The translations under genes and the position numbers were made by a program. Under the pieces are notes generated by a model. That model saw only the letters and a list, made by a program, of their open reading frames with translations. It was not told where the DNA came from and made no database searches. DNA of 64,000 nt from an uncultured Gemmatimonadales bacterium (lineage in GTDB: Bacteria; Gemmatimonadota; Gemmatimonadetes; Palauibacterales; Palauibacteraceae), in the NCBI GenBank assembly GCA_963783385.1, contig CAWANJ010000001.1, forward strand, positions 672,001 to 736,000. Reading direction: 5' to 3'. This document shows positions 1 to 8,689 of this stretch, one piece after another. The first letter of the stretch is position 1. Each line of letters begins with the position of its first letter.

Positions 1-746
1 GTGCCGGCCCCGATCAGGTAGGCCGCGATCATGATCGGCACGAACACGCCCGTGAAGCGCCCGATCGACTTGATGCCGCCCAGGATCACGGCGGCGGCGA
101 GGAACGCCACCACGATCCCGGTGACGATCGGCGGCACCCCGAACGACTGGCGCACGGCATCGGCCACGGCCTGGGACTGGACGCCGTTGCCGATCCCGAA
201 GGCGGCGATGGAGGCGAAGACCGCGAAGGCGATGGACAGGATCTTGCCGAGCTTGCCCCAGCGGATCCCGTGCTCCAGGTAGTACATGGGGCCGCCGGCC
301 TTCTCGCCCCGGGCGTCGGTCTCCCGGAAGTGGACGCCGAGGATGGCCTCGGAGTACTTGGTGGCCATGCCCACGAGTCCGGTGACCCACATCCAGAAGA
401 GCGCCCCGGGTCCGCCGGCGGAGATGGCCGTGGCCACCCCGACGATGTTCCCGGTACCCACGGTGGCGGCCAGGGCCGTCATGAGGGCCTGGAAGTGGGA
501 GATGTCCCCCTCGGCCCCCTCGTCCCGCCGCTTGATGAGGGCCAGCCACAGGGCGTGCAGCAGCTTGCGGAATTGCAGGCCGCGCAGGAGCAGGGTTAGA
601 TATAGGCCCGTTCCCACCAGCAGGATGATCAGGGGCAGACCCCACACCCAGTCCGAGATGGCCTGCAGGTGGGGTATCAAGCCGCCGGCGGACGCGCCCT
701 GGAGGGCCGCGAGCGGGCCGAGCGGAACCGCCGCGATCTGGTGCAT
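1..746 (-). CDS. Alanine/glycine:cation symporter (AGCS family), runs off the left window edge
   Basis: Manual minus-strand translation from ATG at 746 contains [39 protein letters not shown] and GGPMYY, both AGCS hallmarks. Not in the ORF track because there is no stop in the window. Confidence 0.9.
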   Translation of the reverse strand, partial: MHQIAAVPLGPLAALQGASAGGLIPHLQAISDWVWGLPLIILLVGTGLYLTLLLRGLQFRKLLHALWLALIKRRDEGAEGDISHFQALMTALAATVGTGNIVGVATAISAGGPGALFWMWVTGLVGMATKYSEAILGVHFRETDARGEKAGGPMYYLEHGIRWGKLGKILSIAFAVFASIAAFGIGNGVQSQAVADAVRQSFGVPPIVTGIVVAFLAAAVILGGIKSIGRFTGVFVPIMIAAYLIGAG

Positions 747-883
747 GGTCGTTGCGCTCGTCTCGGTCGAGGAGGGAACGGACGGGTCCGCGAACGGCTG
801 AACGCCGAACAGGGTAGACCCCGGCCCGCGCGGACGTCAACACGATCAAGCGGCGCGACGAGTCACCCCCGAGGAGGGACGAC

Positions 884-2482
884 GTGGAAGAGGAGCAGCT
901 GGAGGCCGCCAGGAGGCTCGGGTACGGCCGCACCCCCGAGCTGGTGGAGGAGCTGGAGGCCGTGGCCCTTCGCGGGAACCCGATCGCGGCCGTCGCAGCG
1001 CGCGGCTCGGGCGCGGAGCTGCTCTACGCGCTCGCCGCCGCGGGCCGCTGCGACCCCGAGTCACCGGCCGTGCAGGGCCTCGTCCTGTGTCCGACCGAGG
1101 AGGCCGCCCTGCGCGCGGCCGCGGCCCTGCACGCGGTGGGGCTCACCGCCGAGCTCGAGGCGCTGGCCTGGCGGCCGTGGCGCGAGGCCTCGGAGGGGGC
1201 CGGCGAGCGGGCCGAGCGCCCATTCGCCCAGCTCGTCGCCGGCCGCCCGGTGGAGCTGCTCCCCGAAGTGCGCTCGGGCCGGCTCAAGCTCGGGGAAATC
1301 CGCCTGCTGGCCCTGGACGGGGTCAGCGCGCTGGAGAGCACGGGTCAGTGGGAGTCGGTCGAGGCCATCCTCGACACCCTGCCCGAGGGCGCCCAGAAGA
1401 TCGCGGTCGACGACCACCTGTCCGAGCGGCTCAAGTCGCTGGTCACCCACCAGCTCGGGCGCGGCAAGAAGTGGCCTCCCGAGCTGTTCGCGCTGGGCTC
1501 GGAGGGTCCTCCGACCGGCCGGGGCGTCCTCCTGGCAGGCTCGGCGGCCTCCCTGGAGGGCCGGCTGGAGCGGCTGTCCGCCGGCCTGCGCGCGGCGGCC
1601 GAGGACCGCCAGGCGGAGTCGGCGGTGGTGCACTGCCCCGACGAGGACACGGCCTACCGCACGGCCTCCGGTCTGGCGGCGCGGGGGTTCGCCCTGGCGG
1701 ACGAGCCGGGCGAGCCGGGCGTGGTAGTGGCGTGGGGCGACGAGGAGCCCGCCGGCGGCACGGCGGCGCTCCTGGGACTCCCCTCCGGCCTGCCTGATCT
1801 CCAGCGCCGCCTCGGGGCGGCCTCGGCCCGCATCGCGGTGGTGGCCGACGGCGAGCTCCCCCAGCTCCGCATCCTGGCCAGACGGGCCGGGTGGGCGGTG
1901 CGGGAGGTGCCCGAGCCGCCACCCGCCGCGGCCCGGGACTCGATCGCCCGCGCCCGCGAGGCGATCCGGCGCCGCATCGAGGGTTTCGACGACGCGGCCG
2001 AGCTCCTGGTCCTCGAGCCGTTGCTCGACGAGCACGGCGCGGCGCGCGTGGCCGCCGCCCTGGGCGCGCTCCTCCGGGAGCGACAGGGGCCGGCGCCCGC
2101 GGAGGACGAGGCCGCCGGTGGCGCGGCCGGCTACGGCTCATCGGCCGCGGAGCCGCGCGGGGCCGCCGCGCCGCGACGCGACGCGCGGGAGAGGCCGAGG
2201 GGCCGCCCCGGCACGGGAGCCCGGGAGCCGGGGACGCGGGGCTCCTGGTATCGGATCTACATCAACGCCGGCTCGAGGGACGGCGTGGGCCCCAACGACA
2301 TCGTGGGCGCCATCACGGGTGAGACCGGCGCGGTGGGAGCGCAGATCGGCCAGATCGACGTCCGGGGCAGCTACACCCTGGTGGACGTCGACTCACAGGT
2401 GGCGGAGCAGGTGATGTCGGGCCTGTCGGGCGCCAGCATCAAGGGGCGGGAGGTGGTGGCGCGGCCCGACCGGGGCTCCTGA
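884..2482 (+). CDS. DEAD-box helicase-like protein with degenerate ATPase motifs and C-terminal DbpA-type RNA-binding domain
   Basis: RecA-like remnants LVLCPTEEAA (motif Ia) and LLALDGVS (motif II position); C-terminal RIYINAGSRDGVGPNDIVGAITGETG..IGQIDVRGSYTLVDV; GGAGG upstream of GTG. Confidence 0.8.
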   Translation: MEEEQLEAARRLGYGRTPELVEELEAVALRGNPIAAVAARGSGAELLYALAAAGRCDPESPAVQGLVLCPTEEAALRAAAALHAVGLTAELEALAWRPWREASEGAGERAERPFAQLVAGRPVELLPEVRSGRLKLGEIRLLALDGVSALESTGQWESVEAILDTLPEGAQKIAVDDHLSERLKSLVTHQLGRGKKWPPELFALGSEGPPTGRGVLLAGSAASLEGRLERLSAGLRAAAEDRQAESAVVHCPDEDTAYRTASGLAARGFALADEPGEPGVVVAWGDEEPAGGTAALLGLPSGLPDLQRRLGAASARIAVVADGELPQLRILARRAGWAVREVPEPPPAAARDSIARAREAIRRRIEGFDDAAELLVLEPLLDEHGAARVAAALGALLRERQGPAPAEDEAAGGAAGYGSSAAEPRGAAAPRRDARERPRGRPGTGAREPGTRGSWYRIYINAGSRDGVGPNDIVGAITGETGAVGAQIGQIDVRGSYTLVDVDSQVAEQVMSGLSGASIKGREVVARPDRGS

Positions 2483-2559
2483 GAGGGGCCCGGGGCGGGA
2501 CCAGGCCGCGATGCGCGCGGGGGGCGGAGCCGCCCACGCGGCCCCGCCCCCCGGTTTAC

Positions 2560-2581
2560 ACGGGCCGTCGCGGCGGCCCGT
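2560..2581. terminator. GC hairpin between convergent genes, possible terminator
   Basis: ACGGGCCG-N6-CGGCCCGT inverted repeat just downstream of the HU stop; no clear U-tract. Confidence 0.35.
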
Positions 2582-2596
2582 CTGCGCCACCTCTGC

Positions 2597-2881
2597 TTAG
2601 TTGACGGAGTCCTTGAGGCCCTTGCCGGCCCGGAAGCTGACCGCATTGCTGGCGGAGATACGGATCTTCTCGCCCGTCTGCGGATTACGACCCATGCGAG
2701 CCTTCCGCTTGCGAGTCTCGAACGTGCCGAAACCCGTGATCTGGACCTTCTTGCCGCGCTTGAGCGTCTTGGAGATGACGCCGCTGTCCGTGTCGAACAG
2801 CGCGTCGATGGCGCGCTGCGCATCGGCCTTGGTGAAGTTGGTGGCCTTGGCGAGGGCCTCGGTGAGCTCGGTCTTGTTCAC
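2597..2881 (-). CDS. hup: HU family DNA-binding protein
   Basis: VNKTEL...KVQITGFGTFETRKRKARMGRNPQTGE..SFRAGKGLKDSVN; AAGGAG upstream of GTG at 2881. Confidence 0.95.
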   Translation of the reverse strand: MNKTELTEALAKATNFTKADAQRAIDALFDTDSGVISKTLKRGKKVQITGFGTFETRKRKARMGRNPQTGEKIRISASNAVSFRAGKGLKDSVN

Positions 2882-3114
2882 GGTGACTCCTTTTGGTGAA
2901 GGTGACGAAAGCGCAGACGAGACGTGGCCTCTCACGTACCTCAGTGTATGAGCGACCTCCGGGGCCGTCAAGTGACGCGGAGCCGTCGAAGTCGAGGCGC
3001 CGCCGGACATTTCCGGGGTCCACCCCCCCGACGGGCCGCTGGCACCCCCCGGAATCGGCCCGGGCACCCACCCCGGGGATCGCTCCTCGAGCGCGCCGTG
3101 GACGGAGCTAGAGC

Positions 3115-4140
3115 GTGAGCAGGAAGCTCTTCCTGCGGCGCGTCGGCTTCCTGGCCGCCCTGCTCCTCGTGCTGCTCGCAGTGGGCACCGCGGGCTTCAT
3201 GCGCTTTCCCGGCTGGAGCTTCTCCGACGCCCTGTACATGACCGTCACCACGATTACGGCGGTCGGCTACCAGGAGGTGCACCCGCTGAACGACGCGGGT
3301 CGAACCCTGGCCGGAATCCTGCTCGCCGGCGGTATCACGGGCATGGGGCTGTGGTTCGCGCTGCTGACATTGGCGATCGTCGAGATGGACCTGGCCGAGG
3401 CTTTTCGTTCGAGGAGGACCATGAAGAAGATCGTCGATCTCTCTGGCCACGTCGTCGTGTGCGGCGCCGGGCGATCGGGACGCCAGGTGGTTCGAGAGCT
3501 GGCGGCGGCCCGGGTGCCGTACGTGGCGATCGACCGGGACCCGCGGCGCGTGGAGCTGGTGCGCGAGATCGACCCCGAAGCGCTGGTCCTGGAGGCCGAC
3601 GCCACCCGCGACGAGACGCTGGAGCAAGCGGGCGTACGCCGTGCCCGCGGGCTGATCACGGCCCTCAGCGCCGACACCGACAACCTGTTCGTATGCCTGA
3701 GCGCGCGCTCCCTGTCGCCCTCCCTCACCATCGTGGCCCGCGCCCTGGACGAGGAGGCCATGAGCAAGCTGTACCGGGCCGGAGCCGACCACTGCGTGAG
3801 CCCCAACATCACCGGGGGCGTGCGCATGGCCTCGATGCTCCTGCGGCCGCAGGTGGTGAGCTTCCTCGACGTCGTGATGGGCGAACTGGAGCTGGCGCTG
3901 CGCCTGGAGGAGGTGCGCGTGCCCGGGAGCTCGCCCCTGGCCGGGAAGAGCCTGTCCGAGGTCCGCATCCCGCAGAAGACGGGACTCATCATCATCGCGG
4001 TCTACCACGAGGCGGAGTCCGGGGAGCGGGAGCTGGTCTACAACCCCGGCTCCGAGGAGCGCATCCGCGAGCGCGACACGCTGATCGCGCTCGGCGAGCC
4101 CGACCGCATCGATCGACTCCGGCGCATGGTCGGCGCGTGA
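3115..4140 (+). CDS. Two-TM potassium channel protein with RCK (TrkA-N/TrkA-C) domains
   Basis: TM-pore-TM (DALYMTVTTITAVGYQEV), GHVVVCGAGRSG Rossmann motif, TrkA-C-like GSSPLAGKSL..YNPG. Confidence 0.9.
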   Translation: MSRKLFLRRVGFLAALLLVLLAVGTAGFMRFPGWSFSDALYMTVTTITAVGYQEVHPLNDAGRTLAGILLAGGITGMGLWFALLTLAIVEMDLAEAFRSRRTMKKIVDLSGHVVVCGAGRSGRQVVRELAAARVPYVAIDRDPRRVELVREIDPEALVLEADATRDETLEQAGVRRARGLITALSADTDNLFVCLSARSLSPSLTIVARALDEEAMSKLYRAGADHCVSPNITGGVRMASMLLRPQVVSFLDVVMGELELALRLEEVRVPGSSPLAGKSLSEVRIPQKTGLIIIAVYHEAESGERELVYNPGSEERIRERDTLIALGEPDRIDRLRRMVGA

Positions 4141-5162
4141 TCGAGGAGCTGGACCCCGGCGGAACGGACGAGCCCGGCACGGACGCCGGAGCGCCCGGGG
4201 ACGAGGACGCGGAAGCTGCGGCTCGGTCCGAGCCGCGCGGCGAGTCGCGCCGGCGGCGCCCCTCCCTCGTGCGGCGGGCGCTCCAGCTCGCGGGCGGGCT
4301 GCTCGCGCTCCTCCTCGTAAGCGGTATCGTCCTCTATCTCACCTCTCCGAACGGCTCCGAGTACCGCCACGCCTGGCCGAAGCGCACCGCTTACATGCAG
4401 CTCCGCATCGACGAGGCTCGTGACGCCGGGCGCCCTCTCCGGATCCAGTACCTGCCGGTCCCCCTGTCCCGGATCCCGCACGCCGTTCAGCGCGCCGTCC
4501 TCGTCGGCGAGGACGCGGGATTCTACGGCCACGGAGCCTTCGACTGGTCGGAGATGCGGGCGGCCGCCGAGCAGGCATGGCGGGAGGGGGAGTCGCCGCG
4601 GGGGGCGAGCACGATCACGCAGCAGCTCGCCCGGAACCTCTACCTCTCCCCCCAGCGCTCGCTGTGGCGGAAGGTCAGGGAGGCCATCATCGCCGTGCGG
4701 CTCGAGCACGCGCTCTCCAAGCGCCGGATCCTGGAGCTGTACCTGAACGTCTTCGAGCTCGGACGCGGCGTGTTCGGCGTGGAGGCGGCCAGCGAGCACT
4801 ACTTCGGCGAGCCGGTGGACGCGCTCGGCCGGGAGCAGGCGGTGCGGCTGGCAGCCACGATCCCCTCTCCGCTGCACGACAACCCGGACACGGACACGCG
4901 GCAGTATCGCTGGAGGATCGGGCTCATCGGCCCGCGCGCGTTCCCGCCCGACACCACCGCCGTCGACACGGGGGCCGCGGACCTCGGCGCGGACACCGCC
5001 GCCATGGACACCGCGGCGATGCCGCCGGCCCTCCCCTCGGCCGGAACCGCCGCGGCCCCGGCGGACACGCTCACGCCCGACACTCTGCGGCCGGACAGTG
5101 CCGCGCCGGACACGGCGGGACGCGGGGTCGAAGGTACGCACCGCCCTCCGCGGCCGCGATAG
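4137..5162 (+). CDS. mtgA: Monofunctional biosynthetic peptidoglycan transglycosylase (GT51)
   Basis: EDAGFYGH, GASTITQQLARNLYL, RKVRE, KRRILELYLN, GVEAASEHYF motifs; GTGA overlap with the channel stop. Confidence 0.9.
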   Translation: MIEELDPGGTDEPGTDAGAPGDEDAEAAARSEPRGESRRRRPSLVRRALQLAGGLLALLLVSGIVLYLTSPNGSEYRHAWPKRTAYMQLRIDEARDAGRPLRIQYLPVPLSRIPHAVQRAVLVGEDAGFYGHGAFDWSEMRAAAEQAWREGESPRGASTITQQLARNLYLSPQRSLWRKVREAIIAVRLEHALSKRRILELYLNVFELGRGVFGVEAASEHYFGEPVDALGREQAVRLAATIPSPLHDNPDTDTRQYRWRIGLIGPRAFPPDTTAVDTGAADLGADTAAMDTAAMPPALPSAGTAAAPADTLTPDTLRPDSAAPDTAGRGVEGTHRPPRPR

Positions 5163-5181
5163 AGCCGGAGCTCGCACGCCT

Positions 5182-6868
5182 CTACAGCCCCGCTTCCGTG
5201 GCCCGGAACCACACGTCGTCGGGGACGTCGCGCTCCCGCCTCCAGCGGGCGGAGGCCGTGAGGGGGCCCGGATCGGCGCCGTGGAGGCGGTTGGCGCGGA
5301 CGAGGGTGCTTAGCCGGGCCGCCGGGGTGGGGGCCGGGCCGGAGCGCGGCGGTCCTGGCGCCTTGCCCGTGCGCTGCGAGCCCGCTCCGGTGCGTCTCCG
5401 CTCGCCGTCCCGCGCCCGGTGCCCGAGCCCCTCTTCCCGCTCCGCGTCCAGGTGCACGCCGCCGCGCGGGTCCCGGAACACGGCCCGCCCCTTCCCCCAC
5501 CACTCGAGCCGCCAGCCGCCCTCGTGGACGAGCCGGTGGTGATGGCGGCACAGGAGGACGCAGTTGTCCAGGCTGGTCTCCCCGCCGTCGGCCCAGTGCT
5601 CGACGTGGTGGGCGTCGGTGAAGCGGAGGCCGCAGCCCGGGAAGCGGCAGCCGCGGTCGCGGACCTCCAGCGCCCGGCGCAGCGCCGGCGGGATGGTGCG
5701 GGTGCGGCGGCCCACGGAGAGGACGGAGCCGGCGGGGGCCGGGGCGCCAGGCGCCGAGCCGTCGACTCGAGCCGTCGCCGGCTCTGCGGCGGGACGTGGG
5801 TCACCCGTATCAACGCGGCGTCACAGGCGAGCCGGCGGGACGTCTCCGCGGAGACGCGGGTGCCGTCCTCGAGCTCGGAGCGGCCGGACTCCCGGTCCTC
5901 GGACAGGGTGTCCGCGTCCACGTGCAGGCAGCACCTGGTAGCGCTCGGCCCGGGTGCCGCTGATCGGACGCTCGGAGGCGGAGGCTCCGCTCCCGTCCGC
6001 GGCTTCGTCCTCGCCGGCGAGTCCCGAACCCCGCCGCCAGCGCCCGCTCGGCCAGGAGCCCGAGAGCGTCGGCCCGCCGGCGGGCCGCCTCCCGGCCCGT
6101 GTCCGGCTCGGCGCGGCACGTCCCCGCGGGGACGTGCTCGGGCGGTTCCGCGGAACCGCCGGTGGCCGCGTCCGCCTCCGGGGCCCGGGACCGCTCCTCG
6201 CCGTCCGCCTTCCGCTCCTCCCTGTAGAGCGCATCGCTGGCCGCCTCGATCGCCCGCATGAGGAGGGCTCCCACCTCGGGCTCCAGCCGGCCCCGGATGA
6301 CGTACATGCCCTCCTCGTCGGGGAACACCGAGAGGCGGCGCAGGCGGCGGATCTCCTCGGCCCGTGCCGCCTCGTCCTGGCGGCTCCCCCTCTTCCAGGC
6401 GCGCACCACGCGCTCCAGCCGGGCGGCGGTCACCCCCTCGGCCAGCGCCAGCAGGTCGGCCTCGCTCTCCGGGTCGGCCACCCGGGTCAGGGCGCGCACC
6501 TTGGAGAAGGAGAGCCGGCCCCGGCTCATGGAGCGGCTCGTCTCGGGGAGCGCCTCCAGCGCCCTCGCCACCCGCACGTGCTCTCTCGCCGTGCGCTGGT
6601 CCATGCCGGTGCGCCACGCCAGCCACTCGGCGCAGCCCCGGTGGCCGGCCGCCTCCCAGCCCCCGAGCCGGTCGAAGCGCGCGATCAGGGTGAGCAGCCG
6701 GTGGGTGGCGGCGTGGATGTGGGCCGCCAGGGTGGCGATCTCGTCGCCGAGCTCGTCGAGGAGGTCGGGGTCGGGTGACGTCCCCGCGGAGACGTCTCCG
6801 GCCGCTCGGCCCCGCTCCCCATACTCGACCTCCGCCCGCTCCCGCAGCGCCAGCACCGTCGCTCCCAT
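5182..6868 (-). CDS. DUF222 + HNH endonuclease protein, split by about 3 frameshifts (~6022, ~5930, ~5770)
   Basis: N-terminal LGDEIATLAAHIHAATHRLLTLIARFD..GW..CAEWLAWR; middle RYQV-LHVD and VSAETSRRLACDA; C-terminal RDRGCRFPGC..DAHHVEHWADGGETSLDNCVLLCRHHHRLVHEGGW, spread over successive frames. Confidence 0.85.
5841..6796. repeat. Four related CCGCGG-centred palindromes inside the HNH gene
   Basis: 5841-5856 CGTCTCCGCGGAGACG; 6116-6137 GCACGTCCCCGCGGGGACGTGC; 6141-6160 GGCGGTTCCGCGGAACCGCC; 6777-6796 GACGTCCCCGCGGAGACGTC (1 mismatch). Confidence 0.85.
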
Positions 6869-7345
6869 CGTCCGCCTCCCATCCCGCACCCGCGCCCCGG
6901 CCCTCCGGGCCCCGCCACGAGGCCCGAAAGGCCCCGTAACTCGTACCTCTCCAATATAATCGGCCGATTTCCGGCCTCCGGAGGCGGCGGCTGCGGGATC
7001 AACGGCGGCCTGGAGGAGGCGCGAAGGGGAGGGACCGGCCGGCGGCCGGGAGAGCGGGCGTCAGGGGGGCCGGGGGCGCGCCAGGAGCGGGGTCCGGCCC
7101 TCACCCCGACCGTCAACGGAATCCTGTCAAGACCCGACCGGCCAGTTGAATGATCGGCCGGTTCGAGCACCCGCCTCCCGAAGCTGCCTGACGCCGGATC
7201 GCGGCACCGCGGCTCGGGGGACAGAGCGAGGCCCAGGTCGGCAGAAAGAGCGGGACTGGAGCCGATACAGGGCGAAACGGAGACGACGGGCACACCGGTT
7301 GGCCGCGAGCCGGCGCGACACGACCGCGAGCTCCCGCCCTCGCAG

Positions 7346-8059
7346 CTAGTCGGCCGGATCTTCCCCTATCGCCTCGCCGCCGGCTTCGCCCGCCTCGGCC
7401 GCGCCCTCGCCCGCCGCCGCCGCGCCCTCGCCGCCGGCCTCGCCAGCCTCGGCCTCGCCAGCCTCGGCCTCGCCCGCGTCATTGACGCCCATGCGGCGCT
7501 TGAGCTCCTCGAGCAGGGCGTCGGCGTGCCGCTGACGCTCGGCCGCCTCGACCTTCGGGGGGAGATCGGCGCCGCCTGCCGGACCGCCGCCGAGGTCGTC
7601 GTCCAGCTCCCGCTCGGCCCGCGTGAGGCGCTCGGCATCCTCGACCTTCTCGGCGAGCCGGTCGAAAGTGCGGGACGGGCCCGACATGCCCTCGCGCAGA
7701 TCCTCGGACGTGCGCGCCGTGCGGCTCCGGATGGCCAGGGCGTCGCGCTGGCCGACCGCGTCGCGAAACTGGCGGGTGAGCTCGGCCGCCTCCGCCCGGG
7801 TCTCGACCAGGACAGACTTCGCGCCCTCGAGCTTGTGGCGGAGGGTCTCGGCGGCCTCGGAGTTCGCCGGGACGCGCTCCAGTTTGCGCTCCAAGGCCCG
7901 AACCTCGTCCTCGAGGCCCTTCACCCGAGCGCGCGCGTCGATGAGCTCCTCGCGCATGCCGGCCAGGATCCGGTCAATGTCGTCCTCGCCGGGGCCGGGC
8001 CCTCTCTTCTCGAGCGCGTCGAGCGCACGCTCCAGCCGCTTCTTCATTCCCTCGAACAT
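7346..8059 (-). CDS. PspA/IM30-like coiled-coil protein with acidic Ala/Gly/Glu tail
   Basis: Amphipathic N-terminus MFEGMKKRLERAL, long coiled coil, FDRLAEKVEDAE and LEELKRRMG resembling PspA helices; 15-bp tandem repeat 7436-7474 in the tail. Confidence 0.55.
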   Translation of the reverse strand: MFEGMKKRLERALDALEKRGPGPGEDDIDRILAGMREELIDARARVKGLEDEVRALERKLERVPANSEAAETLRHKLEGAKSVLVETRAEAAELTRQFRDAVGQRDALAIRSRTARTSEDLREGMSGPSRTFDRLAEKVEDAERLTRAERELDDDLGGGPAGGADLPPKVEAAERQRHADALLEELKRRMGVNDAGEAEAGEAEAGEAGGEGAAAAGEGAAEAGEAGGEAIGEDPAD

Positions 8060-8156
8060 GGCCCCGTCAGTGTAACGCCGACGCCGCGCATCCGTCCACC
8101 GCCGGACCGGTGCGGCGGACCACCACCGGCTCCCTCCCGGCGTCGGCCTGCGGGGA

Positions 8157-8215
8157 TTGACATAGGGGGTGGGGGTATACTAAGGTATAGCGCGTGGGAT
8201 AGGGGGGAGGGGTAC
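8157..8215 (+). promoter_or_regulatory. Promoter with two CsoR-type G-tract operators
   Basis: TTGACA (8157-8162)-N18-TAAGGT (8181-8186); ATAGGGGGTGGGGGTAT in the spacer and ATAGGGGGGAGGGGTAC downstream, i.e. AT-flanked G-tracts as bound by CsoR/RcnR; directly upstream of csoR. Confidence 0.75.
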
Positions 8216-8286
8216 AGACCGCCCCCCCGCCCCTCCCGACGGAGCCGAAAGCCCTCCCGAGCCGATTCCGAGTCCCGAGGTGCGAG

Positions 8287-8670
8287 ATGAGCCCGAAGAC
8301 GGCCGACACGGTGATCCCCGGAACCCCCGAAACCCCGACTCCCTGCGCCTGCGGCTGCGGAGCGCAGGAGGACGGCGGCGGCCGCAAGGCAGACGGGGTC
8401 GACACCGCCATGAAGGAGAGCAACCTCATCCGGCTCCGCCGCATCGAGGGCCAGATCCGGGGTCTGCAGCGCATGGTCGAGGAGGAGCGCTACTGCGCCG
8501 ACATCCTCACCCAGATCTCCTCGGTGCACGAGGCGCTGAGGGGCGTCGGGCGCGAGCTCATGCGGAACCACCTGGCCTACTGCGCCACCAGCGCCATCCA
8601 GGCCGGCGGCGACGAGGCCCAGGCCATGTACGACGAGCTCGTGGATCTCATGTACAAGCACGCGCGGTGA
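8287..8670 (+). CDS. csoR: CsoR family copper-sensing repressor
   Basis: [35 protein letters not shown] (C-H-C ligands), adjacent to a Cu ATPase. Confidence 0.9.
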   Translation: MSPKTADTVIPGTPETPTPCACGCGAQEDGGGRKADGVDTAMKESNLIRLRRIEGQIRGLQRMVEEERYCADILTQISSVHEALRGVGRELMRNHLAYCATSAIQAGGDEAQAMYDELVDLMYKHAR

Positions 8671-8689
8671 CCCTCGAGGGATAGAGCCC

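Noticed and set aside
7095-7230. Assignment as 6S RNA, SRP RNA or IscB omega-RNA
   Set aside because: Only short superficial similarities. The SRP core and a 6S closing stem were not found, and the neighbouring nuclease shows no RuvC motifs.
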